From a virus (lineage: Duplodnaviria > Caudoviricetes): a DNA stretch of 64,000 bases. The translations under genes were made by a program, and so were the position numbers. Of the stretch, positions 27,835 to 36,213 are shown in pieces. Numbering within the stretch: position 1 is the first letter of the stretch; the number at the start of each line of letters is the position of its first letter. The notes beneath the pieces are model-generated. The model saw only the letters and a list, made by a program, of their open reading frames with translations, was not told the DNA's origin and made no database searches. The stretch spans positions 96,001-160,000 of IMG/VR virus record IMGVR_UViG_3300025784_000006; one strand, 5' to 3'.

Positions 27835-28340
27835 TGCGGTGGGGACGGGGAGGTGTTGGTTCGTCCATTCGGGCTCTTGGACCACAGCCCTGTGACGCTT
27901 GCTCCACTCACCTCGAAGGGGCAACTCGCTACCACGGCCGCTAGAGACGGAATCGGCCGGAGCTCCCCTCCTGGGTCCTCCTCCTGGAGCTCAACGCCCT
28001 GGTAGTGCGGGGTTGGGCGAGGTAGGACACGCCGTAAGGAGCGATCATGTTCCGCCCAGAGGGGTCCGTCCAATCTCGGACCTGCTTGGGTGGTCTGCCC
28101 TCCATGAGGGCGGTGCGGCATCTCCTTCCTGGGAGATGCCGCGGGCCTCGACTATTCGGTTGGCAGATGGACGGGAACCGGCAGCTCGCTCTCAGCTCAA
28201 CGGCTTCTGCACCCTCTCGGGCTGCCCTCGGCGTCGCCGCGCCCCGTGGTCTGGGGGTCGGTCTTGACAGGTCCTCTCCGCCCTTCGGGAAAGAGGATGC
28301 CGGGCACTACGGACCTTTTACGGCCCGCGGTTCGCGTCTG
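27835..28340 (-). ncRNA. Candidate large structured non-coding RNA (strand tentative)
   Basis: No convincing ORF; many stems, a long-range CCGCGGGCC/GGCCCGCGG pair, an H-type pseudoknot, GGGTA box at 28352-28348. Confidence 0.35.
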
Positions 28341-28396
28341 CCCTTCTTACCCAGAACACGCACAAGGTGCAAGCGATCGATCGCCGGCCTGTCGCC

Positions 28397-28454
28397 CCTT
28401 GCTACTACTGTTGGAGGTAGTGGGGGTGGTGAGGATCGTGGTGATCGTGGTGGT
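28397..28454. repeat. 58-bp direct repeat, copy 2
   Basis: Identical to 27777-27834, 620-bp offset. Confidence 0.95.
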
Positions 28455-28590
28455 GCAGAGAGTGAGATAAATCTCACTCTCCTCCAAGATCTAGTACGAG
28501 GGAGGGAAGCATCAAGCGGGGAGGAAGGTCTCGAAGCCTAGTGAAGGTGCGAAGCACCTTCCGTCATCGCTGCGACAGCAGCCCTACGAG

Positions 28591-28682
28591 GAGGGCCGCT
28601 AGGGGAGGAGAACCGGAGGGCCGCTAGGGGAGGAGGAAGGGAGAGCCGCTAGGGGAGGAGGAAGGGAGGGCCGTTAGGGGAG
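28591..28682. repeat. 25-bp tandem repeat x3.7, iteron-like, purine-rich
   Basis: Consensus GAGGGCCGCTAGGGGAGGAGGAAGG at 28591, 28616, 28641, 28666. Confidence 0.9.
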
Positions 28683-28684
28683 AC

Positions 28685-29893
28685 CTAGTCCTCGTCGCGG
28701 TACTGAGGATCGACGATCTTGATCGTCGGACTGCCGTGGGTCACGCTGGTCACTCCAAACGGGTTCGGACGATCGAAGAACTCCTGGATGTCCTCCCGCG
28801 AGTAGCCCCGCCGGTCTAGCTCCTTGGCGATCGTCGACTTGATCTTCGGGTCGGTGCGCAGCCGCTCGGTAAACTTCATGAGCATCGGTAGCGCATGCCG
28901 CTGCTTGACGGTCGATCGCGCCACACCGAGGTCGTCGGCAACGTCTCGCAGCTTGGGGATCACGAGGCGACGCACCGGGCCGTCAGGGCCGTCGACCACG
29001 ACGTGGTTCTCCGGGTCCTCCATCTTGTCGAGCAGGTGCAGCATGGGGGGCTTCTCAGCCCGCGCACGCCCGTTCTCGCTGGGTGCACGCCTCTGAGCAC
29101 GTCCGCCGTAGGCGTCCTCAAACGTCTGACGCATCTCCGACCTGATGAACTTCCCGAGCGGGTCGTGTGGGTCGTGGAAGCTCGCCCGCACGACCTCGTT
29201 GATGGTCGGCTTCTCGTCGTCGGACTGAAGCTGGTCGAGCGGACTACGCTCCTTCCCCTCATCATCCCGCGACGGACCCTCCCGTCGCGTCTCATCCTGC
29301 TTACGCTGCTTGGCGATGTCCTGCACGCGACGCCTGACCATCTTGGTCAGCAGCGCGAACGCACGCCTGACGGGCACCTCCCCCTTCATGAGGTCGTTCG
29401 CCAGCAACTCACCAGCCGACCGCGCGTTCGACTTCAGTACCTGCCCGTCTTGACCAGGCTGCCGGCCGGGCTTGGCCATGAGCTCCGCTACCGCGTCCTC
29501 GCCCTGTGCGTCCCCCATCCCGTACTGCTTGGCGAGACGGATCGCCCCCTCCGTCAGGTAGCGGTACATGTTGATGTACCCACTCGTCCCAGGTCGAGTG
29601 AACCACCCCGACTCGCGTAGTTGGCGGGCCACATCGGGTTCGATCCCGTTCTCCACGGCCTGCATGGGGTTCATCTTGTTCGACCAGGACCCAAACGGCT
29701 TACCAAACGCCCCCTCCATCAGGATCGCACGCAGCGTCGCGTCAAGCCGCGCATCCATCGAGGTGGACGCCGCGACGGCCCAGGAGGCCGCGACGCGTGC
29801 TGCCATCGACTGGGCTGCGTTTGGCGACGCCTCTTGGAGGACTGCGTGGGCCACGCGCCTTCGATGGCAAAGAGCAGCGACGGGGTGTGTCAT
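28685..29893 (-). CDS. Divergent sigma-factor-like protein
   Basis: Region-2-like GEDAVAELM...LTKMVRRRVQDIAK; HTH LRDVADDLGVARSTVKQR; AGGAG SD. Confidence 0.6.
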   Translation of the reverse strand: MTHPVAALCHRRRVAHAVLQEASPNAAQSMAARVAASWAVAASTSMDARLDATLRAILMEGAFGKPFGSWSNKMNPMQAVENGIEPDVARQLRESGWFTRPGTSGYINMYRYLTEGAIRLAKQYGMGDAQGEDAVAELMAKPGRQPGQDGQVLKSNARSAGELLANDLMKGEVPVRRAFALLTKMVRRRVQDIAKQRKQDETRREGPSRDDEGKERSPLDQLQSDDEKPTINEVVRASFHDPHDPLGKFIRSEMRQTFEDAYGGRAQRRAPSENGRARAEKPPMLHLLDKMEDPENHVVVDGPDGPVRRLVIPKLRDVADDLGVARSTVKQRHALPMLMKFTERLRTDPKIKSTIAKELDRRGYSREDIQEFFDRPNPFGVTSVTHGSPTIKIVDPQYRDED

Positions 29894-30108
29894 CCAGATT
29901 CTCCTAGTCAGACTCGTGTGATAAGCGATCCATCACCGATTGATGTGGACTTGCCTGGGTCGGGAGCCTCGATATTGCAACCCTATTAGATCTCCTGTCA
30001 ATCAGGACCTTCACACCGTCGCGGACAAATCCTCGCCAGGGGTGCGGGGAACTCAGCTCCAGGGGTACCTCCCAGGGAACCCCTGGGGGCTTGTTTACTG
30101 GAGGTTCC

Positions 30109-31614
30109 ATGAAGAAGTGTTCGCGTTCAGTCTTGCCAGCTATCGCCGCCTTGTCCATGTGCCCCCAGGAGACCGTATCTCCTGTTGCTGCTGCTTTCCG
30201 ACACGTACGCGCTGAGGGGTTGAGCCTGGTTGAAGACCAGGGCGCGCGCGCGGCTTCGCTGCGCAGGGCGGTCACCACAGCGATCGCCCGCGAGTCCTCG
30301 GACCAGCTGTACGTGCGGCGCGCTGGGGAGGGGGTTTCGCTCACGCGTGCCGGTGCCGCGTTGGCTATCTACCAGACCGGTCGCCCACCCGTTCCGCTAG
30401 GCCCCTTCGAGATGCCCCGCGCCACCTTGCTGGCCGATCGGTTACAGCACCTGGCGGAAGCCGGCGCAGAACCCCGCGTCTTGACCGTCTCAGACCTCGG
30501 CCTGACGGTCATCGACGACCTCGTGGAGGTAGATCGACCCCCGCGGACTCCCGACGACGTGCGTCGCGTCGAGAGCGCGACCTTCGATGCAGTCGCGCGC
30601 CTGCGCCTGAGTCGAGGGGTCGCGCTGCGTCGGGTGGGGCGCACCCACGTGTCCATCGGAGGGACGGCCGACCCGCTCGCTGACGCCTCCGCGAGGGTTC
30701 TCACGGCGACGACAGCCCATCCTGCGGGCCTGACGCGCCGTGAGATGCAGGGGGTGATCTCGTCCGCCGGGATCCCCGCAGGGCGCATGGCCGACCGCGT
30801 GCTGCGAGCCCTGCGGTTGACTCCGGGGGGCCCGTGGATCGAGCGGTCCTCGTCGAAGTCCCTCGTCTGGACGCTGACCGATGCAGGTCGCGACGCCCTG
30901 GCGGCCGTTCGCGCGGAGGTCGTTCCCGTCCTGGAGGTCGAGCGCAACGCGACCGCCCGCTGGTTCGACACCCACATGGCGGCTCTGTACCCGATCCTGG
31001 AACGCAAGATCCGGCAGCGGTGCCAGGTGTCTCACTACATCGGGACCACGATGGACCATGTGCAGGAGTACCTACACCGCGCCATTCGTCGAGATGCGTT
31101 CCGGTCTCGTCTGGAGGCGGGGCAGTCGATCCCCCTGTCCCAAGTGGCCGTGTACGCGCTGCGTAGCGCACAGAACGACATTCGCAACTCTGGGTCCGAA
31201 CCCGTGTGCCGCGAGCTCTACGGGGCGCGCACGGAGAAGGAGGTGAAGGGCGGCGAGGGGCCGGATCGAGACCGCAACACCTGGCGCAAGTCCGCGCGCG
31301 GGCGCGGCGTACGATCCGACGAGGGGTCGGTCGTCGACATGGCGGAAATGGCGGACGGAGGCACGACCACACCGAACCTTGACGAGACGCTCGCCTTCCA
31401 GCAGGTGTGGTCTCGCCTAGAGGTCCACATCCGCAAGACCTTCGCACCCAGCGAGATCGACCTCATCCTCGCGTTCCTCCGCGCGCGCGTCGAGGGGGCC
31501 TCGATCGCTGAGACCGCCTCCTCCCTCCACATCGAACCCGGTCGCGCCCAGGTGCTCCACCGCCGCATCCGCAGCGAGCTAGGGGACGTGGTCCGCTCGC
31601 TTACCTCCGCCTAG
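30109..31614 (+). CDS. Sigma-factor-like protein with N-terminal winged-helix-like extension
   Basis: GGAGG SD; MDHVQEYL...VYALRSAQNDIRN; GASIAETASSLHIEPGRAQVLHRRIR; wHTH-like WTLTDAGRDAL. Confidence 0.65.
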   Translation: MKKCSRSVLPAIAALSMCPQETVSPVAAAFRHVRAEGLSLVEDQGARAASLRRAVTTAIARESSDQLYVRRAGEGVSLTRAGAALAIYQTGRPPVPLGPFEMPRATLLADRLQHLAEAGAEPRVLTVSDLGLTVIDDLVEVDRPPRTPDDVRRVESATFDAVARLRLSRGVALRRVGRTHVSIGGTADPLADASARVLTATTAHPAGLTRREMQGVISSAGIPAGRMADRVLRALRLTPGGPWIERSSSKSLVWTLTDAGRDALAAVRAEVVPVLEVERNATARWFDTHMAALYPILERKIRQRCQVSHYIGTTMDHVQEYLHRAIRRDAFRSRLEAGQSIPLSQVAVYALRSAQNDIRNSGSEPVCRELYGARTEKEVKGGEGPDRDRNTWRKSARGRGVRSDEGSVVDMAEMADGGTTTPNLDETLAFQQVWSRLEVHIRKTFAPSEIDLILAFLRARVEGASIAETASSLHIEPGRAQVLHRRIRSELGDVVRSLTSA

Positions 31615-34600
31615 TCCTCGTCGTCCTCATCAGGCATCGCGTACGCCAGCAGAGCCGCACGCGGGCACTCCGCGCGACTCGCGTGCTCGCGCAGGAAGCT
31701 CGCAACCTTGCTGGCGTCCTTCTTGTCGAGCAGGTCGCTCGCGATCGTGCCAGCCTCCCGCTCGAGGTCCGCACACGCGCGCAGCCCGAGGTCCGAAGCG
31801 CGTTCCCCCCACCCGTAGAGACCACCCGACTCGCCGGCCCGGCGCGGGGCCCCCTTGCCGTTGAGCGCACCGGCCTCCTCAAGCTCGTGGGCCAGCAGCC
31901 CCGCCGCCCGGCACCCCTTGCGGGCACGGGCGCGCAGGAAGGCGAGCACCCGCGGGTCCCGGTCGTAGGCCGCCCGCGCCAGCCGCGCCGCCGCCTTGGC
32001 GACGCGCTTGCTCGCCGTCTCGATCGTCTTCTCGACCCGCTTGGGGTAGCCGTAGAGCCCCGAGGCGGCCTCGCGGTCCGTGGTGAGGTCGCTCGCCACC
32101 GGCGCCGGCCGCTCCATCATGAGCGCTAGGTCGATCGCCATCGCGGCGACGCGCGGCCCCATGGGGTCCTCGGCGACCTCGGACGCCACGAACCGATGCT
32201 GCGGCATCCGAACCGCGCGGTGGAGTTTCGCGCCCGCGTTGGACGCCTCAATCAGTGCGTCCAACGCGCGACCGATGATCTTGTGCAGAGCCTGCTCCCC
32301 CGCATCGGAACTTTTCTTGAGAACCTCGTCTGCTCGCATAACCTTCGCGCGCCACTCGGCCTTCCAGCGTTCGGCGAGCTTGTCGAGCTCCAAACCAAAC
32401 AGAATGAGCGGCGTGAGGTCCACCTGCATCTCGGCACCGGCCGCCTTGAAGTTGTCCTTGTGGATCTCGTGCTGCTTCTTCCACTCGGCCTTGTCCTCGG
32501 GGGACATGTCCTGCGTGGGGTCAGCGGGCTTGCCCTCCTCGAACTTCGCCAGCTCCTCGAGGGCGGCCATCTCGTCGACGGGTTCCGTCGTGCGTTGTCC
32601 TTCCTGCATCTTCTTGATCTCCTCTGTGGGGTCGAGCGTGGGGTCCACGCCATCCGTCCCTGTCTTCGGGAGAGAGGTGCGCAGCCACGACGGGCGGACG
32701 GAGTCAGGTCCCTTCTGGTAGGTCTGCGCGTACGACAGCGCCATCTTGAGCGCGTGCGCCTGGCGCAGCCTCTTGAGGACTCCCTGGTCCTCCGACCCGA
32801 GGTCCATGCTCAGCCGGCTGAGGCTCAGGTTGTACTCGAAGGCAGCCGCGAACGCGCTGTGAAGCGCCGTGGGGCTCATCCCTACAGCCTCCGTGATGAT
32901 CCCTCGGACCGTCTTGTCGCGCAGCAGCTGGTTGTCCGTGATGTTCTTGACGGCGGGAAGCGGTCGGCCGAGGAACTCCTTGATCGCAGCGGGTACGGGC
33001 GGAGGCTGCGTGGACGCGCTCCGGCTCGACACGGGCTCGACGCGGTCGCGGGTCACCCCTCCGTCCCTGGTGAGGTCGCGCACCCACTCCCCGACCTCGT
33101 AGACGAACGAGGGGCCTGACATCTTCCCCAGGTCCCCAAGGCCCATCGACTTCGCGTTGTCCCGGACGAGGTCGTCCGGGTTCCTCCCGTGCACGATGTA
33201 GACGTTCTTCGCCTCGAACCACACGCGGGTCACCCCGTCGGGGGTCGTGGCGAACGGGGGGTCGGAGTCGGTGTCGACCTCCCACCGCTCCTGCCGCAGG
33301 TGGTCGAGGATCCGCTGACGCTCCGGGTCGAGACTCTTGGCGACGCGCGCCGTGAACTCGCTCCGGTGGATCGCGTTCTGCTTCTCCCACTCCGCCTTGT
33401 CCTCCTCGGACATCTGCTCCGTGGGGTCGGCGGGCTTCCCCTCCTCGAACTTCGCCATCTCCTCCAGCGCGAGGAGCGGGTCGTCCCCGCCAGCCTTGGG
33501 CTTCGAGTCCCTGATGATTCCCTTGGCCCAGGCGGGACGCTTCTCGGGCTTCGCGCTTCGGACGAGGTGCGCCCCAGAGAGTGCCCGGTGCACTGCGTCG
33601 GCCTGCTTGAGGGCGCGGACGAGCTCAGGGTCTGGGTTCCCCTCGTTACGTACCTTGTTCTTCAGGGTGATGAAGTAGTCGAAGGCGACCCCGTACGCGT
33701 CGGTGAGATCCTCCACGGACAGCGTCTTCAGCGCGTCGACCATGAGGGCCTTCAGGACCGGGTCATGGTCCGGCACTAGGTTCCCGGCCCCATGGGGTCC
33801 CGCATCCTCGGGCGTGTTGGGGTGGAAGAAGCGTCGGATCTTCTGCGGGGCCATGACGCGGTGGATGCTCATGGCGTCCGCGCTATCTTGAGCCAGTACC
33901 TCCAGCGCGACGAGCGGGTCCTCCTCAGCCGTCTTGGTCAGCCAGTCGGGACGCCCATCCGGTTTGTCGCGCAGCTTCTGCGCCTGCACGAGGGTCTGGA
34001 ACAGGGCGTTTGCCTGCTGGAACGCGTGCGCGATTTCTCTGTCTGGCTTGTCCTGCTCGCTCCGCTTGTGGAGGTCCGTCACGTAGTCGAGCGCGTCCCG
34101 GTAGGTCTTCCGGAACCCCTGCGGGGAGAGCTTGACGGCCTCTCGGATGACCCCCTGGAGCTTCGGGTCCGTAGGGAGCTTGGTGGCGTCGAACCGCTGG
34201 ATAGCTGGCATCCCCTTGTCCAGGAACTCCTTGAGAGTCTTGGGTGCGTAGGAGTGGTGGATCATGAACGCCTTGGTGCCGGGGCGTACGTGCTCGATTC
34301 CTGTCCCCTCGCCCTTGGACCCACCTCCCCCCGAGGGACGCGAGACCGTGTGGTTCGCAGGGTCGGCGTTCGGGTGCTCCTTGAGGTACTTCTGCTTGTC
34401 CTGCTCGCTCGGGTGCTCCATCGCGGTGCGGTGGGACAGGTCCCGCTCGTCGAGCGCTACTCGTAGCCACTCGGGTAGCTGCGAGTGGCGGTAGTTCATC
34501 ACCAGGTTGGCCGCCGTGTACAGGTTCGAGAGCTTGTTCTTGGCCACCTCGCGCCCCTTCTTGTCCTGGACGTCGATGTCGGCCTCCTGCCAGAAGTCGA

Positions 34601-35357
34601 TCGCCTGGTCGTACACGTTGCCCACCGACACCTTGAAGCGACGCGCCTCCGGCTCGGTGACGTAGTCCTTGCCCATCTCGATCATGACTTCCCGAACGTC
34701 AGCGTCCCGCTCGAGCTGGGACGCGTTACGCGCGTCCTTGGGCATCCGGTCGGCGCGGCGCTGGATGATCGCGTCCGTGGTGAGCTCTCGCACCACCTGA
34801 ATGGCCCGGTCCTCCGGGGTCAGGGCGGCCGTCTTGAGTGTGTATCCACCCTTGCGCAGGAGCGGCATGAGCCATCGCTTGGTGGAGTCGTCTAGCTTCC
34901 CGTCCTCGACCTCCGGGGCGATCTGGCGGGCCTGGTTCGCCGCAGAGAAGAACACCTGGGCGCGCCTCGCCGCGGCGAGAAGCCCGCTCTCTGGGCTCGC
35001 CTCCTTGCGGACCTCAAGCCACCGCTCAAGAAGCGGCTGCTGGTAGTCCTTGAACGCCACCTGGGTCAAGCGGAACATCGTGTCAGGATGGTTGAGGTAG
35101 TCGGCGACGAGGTCCGCGACAAGGGGTCTGGTCAGGTTCGACCGCAGGACCTCTGCGGCCCCCCAGTTTTTCGCGGGAATGGTGTGCTTCTGGAAGTAGG
35201 GTCGTAGCGCCTGGGGGAGGTGCGCGTTCTCGATGTCGAGGTTGGACATCTCGGGCGTGACGGCGTCGGCCCATGAGGGTCCAAAGTGGCCCGCCGTCTT
35301 GACGCGGGGGTCCTTGTGGAGCGTTGCGATCTCGGTCGTCAGGGCTGCGATGGTCAT
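31611..35357 (-). CDS. 1248-aa modular protein, probably virion-associated, with repeated domains
   Basis: ATGA coupling, GAGGAG SD; five copies of a helical module, two AKFEEGKPADPT repeats, two GLYG repeats. Confidence 0.85.
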   Translation of the reverse strand: MTIAALTTEIATLHKDPRVKTAGHFGPSWADAVTPEMSNLDIENAHLPQALRPYFQKHTIPAKNWGAAEVLRSNLTRPLVADLVADYLNHPDTMFRLTQVAFKDYQQPLLERWLEVRKEASPESGLLAAARRAQVFFSAANQARQIAPEVEDGKLDDSTKRWLMPLLRKGGYTLKTAALTPEDRAIQVVRELTTDAIIQRRADRMPKDARNASQLERDADVREVMIEMGKDYVTEPEARRFKVSVGNVYDQAIDFWQEADIDVQDKKGREVAKNKLSNLYTAANLVMNYRHSQLPEWLRVALDERDLSHRTAMEHPSEQDKQKYLKEHPNADPANHTVSRPSGGGGSKGEGTGIEHVRPGTKAFMIHHSYAPKTLKEFLDKGMPAIQRFDATKLPTDPKLQGVIREAVKLSPQGFRKTYRDALDYVTDLHKRSEQDKPDREIAHAFQQANALFQTLVQAQKLRDKPDGRPDWLTKTAEEDPLVALEVLAQDSADAMSIHRVMAPQKIRRFFHPNTPEDAGPHGAGNLVPDHDPVLKALMVDALKTLSVEDLTDAYGVAFDYFITLKNKVRNEGNPDPELVRALKQADAVHRALSGAHLVRSAKPEKRPAWAKGIIRDSKPKAGGDDPLLALEEMAKFEEGKPADPTEQMSEEDKAEWEKQNAIHRSEFTARVAKSLDPERQRILDHLRQERWEVDTDSDPPFATTPDGVTRVWFEAKNVYIVHGRNPDDLVRDNAKSMGLGDLGKMSGPSFVYEVGEWVRDLTRDGGVTRDRVEPVSSRSASTQPPPVPAAIKEFLGRPLPAVKNITDNQLLRDKTVRGIITEAVGMSPTALHSAFAAAFEYNLSLSRLSMDLGSEDQGVLKRLRQAHALKMALSYAQTYQKGPDSVRPSWLRTSLPKTGTDGVDPTLDPTEEIKKMQEGQRTTEPVDEMAALEELAKFEEGKPADPTQDMSPEDKAEWKKQHEIHKDNFKAAGAEMQVDLTPLILFGLELDKLAERWKAEWRAKVMRADEVLKKSSDAGEQALHKIIGRALDALIEASNAGAKLHRAVRMPQHRFVASEVAEDPMGPRVAAMAIDLALMMERPAPVASDLTTDREAASGLYGYPKRVEKTIETASKRVAKAAARLARAAYDRDPRVLAFLRARARKGCRAAGLLAHELEEAGALNGKGAPRRAGESGGLYGWGERASDLGLRACADLEREAGTIASDLLDKKDASKVASFLREHASRAECPRAALLAYAMPDEDDED
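32515..33456 (-). repeat. Intragenic duplication encoding AKFEEGKPADPT...MS.EDKAEW
   Basis: Near-identical 36-bp cores at 32515-32550 and 33421-33456. Confidence 0.9.
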
Positions 35358-36205
35358 CGTGTACTCCTCGGTAGGCGGGCGGCCTCGTCGGCGACGTACC
35401 ACGCGACGCGCGCCTGCTCTCCGGCCCTCACCCGCACCGCGGGCGAGGCTGTCTTGTGTGTGACGAGGGACTCCAGGTAGTCGCGCGTCGTCCCCGCTAG
35501 CTCCCGCAGCGCCGCCGGCTCATGCTGTGCGCGCAGGTCGCGGACCACCTTGGCAACCTGCGGGTCGCGCAGGATGCGCCACCGCTGGGGCCCCGCATGA
35601 TCTACAGGGGGCAGGCAGGCCAGCAGCGTGAGCACCTCCGGCGGGGCGGACCCCAGGTGCAGGACCTCCACCCGGTTGGGTAGGTCCCTCGTCGATGCAA
35701 CCTTCCCTCCGCGGGGGATGTCGCGCTCGACGGCCATCGCGGTCCGTCGTACCAGGTACTTCTCTCCCGGCTCGTACCACTTCCGGTAGAAGTCCTCGCG
35801 CGGCACCTCTCGCACGACCTCCTCCGGGTTTGGGATGTTGGGGTCCGCGACCATGACAGTCCCGTCGTCGCTCACGTCGAACACGCAGGAGGCGTGCCCC
35901 CACGGCCGCCCCTCCGGGCACCACGCGATGAGGACCGGGATGCCCTGGTCCGTCCACTCCTTGATTCGGTCGACCGTGCAGGGGCACACGAGCGTCACGC
36001 GCGCTCCGAAGTACTGGGCGGTGGCGATCGCCTGGTCCCACGCGGCCCCGCGTCCTGGAACGGCCCCAAGGATCTCGTCGACCGAGTCCTCGTCGCACCG
36101 CACTCCAACCGCCTTGAGCGCCATCGCGAGGGATGCGGCTACGCACGAGTACTGCGTGCGCTGGCGCACCGGATCGACGTTCGCTCTTGCTGCCTTGGAC
36201 GTCAT
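35354..36205 (-). CDS. Peptidase C39-like cysteine protease fused to the repeated helical module
   Basis: VRQRTQYSCVAASLAM (Q...C), WGHASCV (H), VADPN (D), VPREDFYRKW; AGGAG SD. Confidence 0.85.
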   Translation of the reverse strand: MTSKAARANVDPVRQRTQYSCVAASLAMALKAVGVRCDEDSVDEILGAVPGRGAAWDQAIATAQYFGARVTLVCPCTVDRIKEWTDQGIPVLIAWCPEGRPWGHASCVFDVSDDGTVMVADPNIPNPEEVVREVPREDFYRKWYEPGEKYLVRRTAMAVERDIPRGGKVASTRDLPNRVEVLHLGSAPPEVLTLLACLPPVDHAGPQRWRILRDPQVAKVVRDLRAQHEPAALRELAGTTRDYLESLVTHKTASPAVRVRAGEQARVAWYVADEAARLPRSTR

Positions 36206-36213
36206 CGCGACTC

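Noticed and set aside
27547-27924. 125-aa ORF with a Thr/Ser run
   Set aside because: TTG start without SD, and the low-complexity part is the 58-bp repeat. Not fully excluded, because its stop falls in GGGTAG as for two real genes
27835-28340. tmRNA, RNase P or group I/II intron
   Set aside because: No tRNA-like ends, P4 consensus or intron core recognised; no interrupted host gene
27777-28682. Repeats as a CRISPR array or DGR template/variable pair
   Set aside because: Only two identical 58-bp copies with no A-specific mismatches; the 25-mers have no spacers; no reverse transcriptase in the window
29960-30005. Sigma70 promoter (TTGACA on the minus strand; also near 44589-44594)
   Set aside because: No convincing -10 at 16-18 nt
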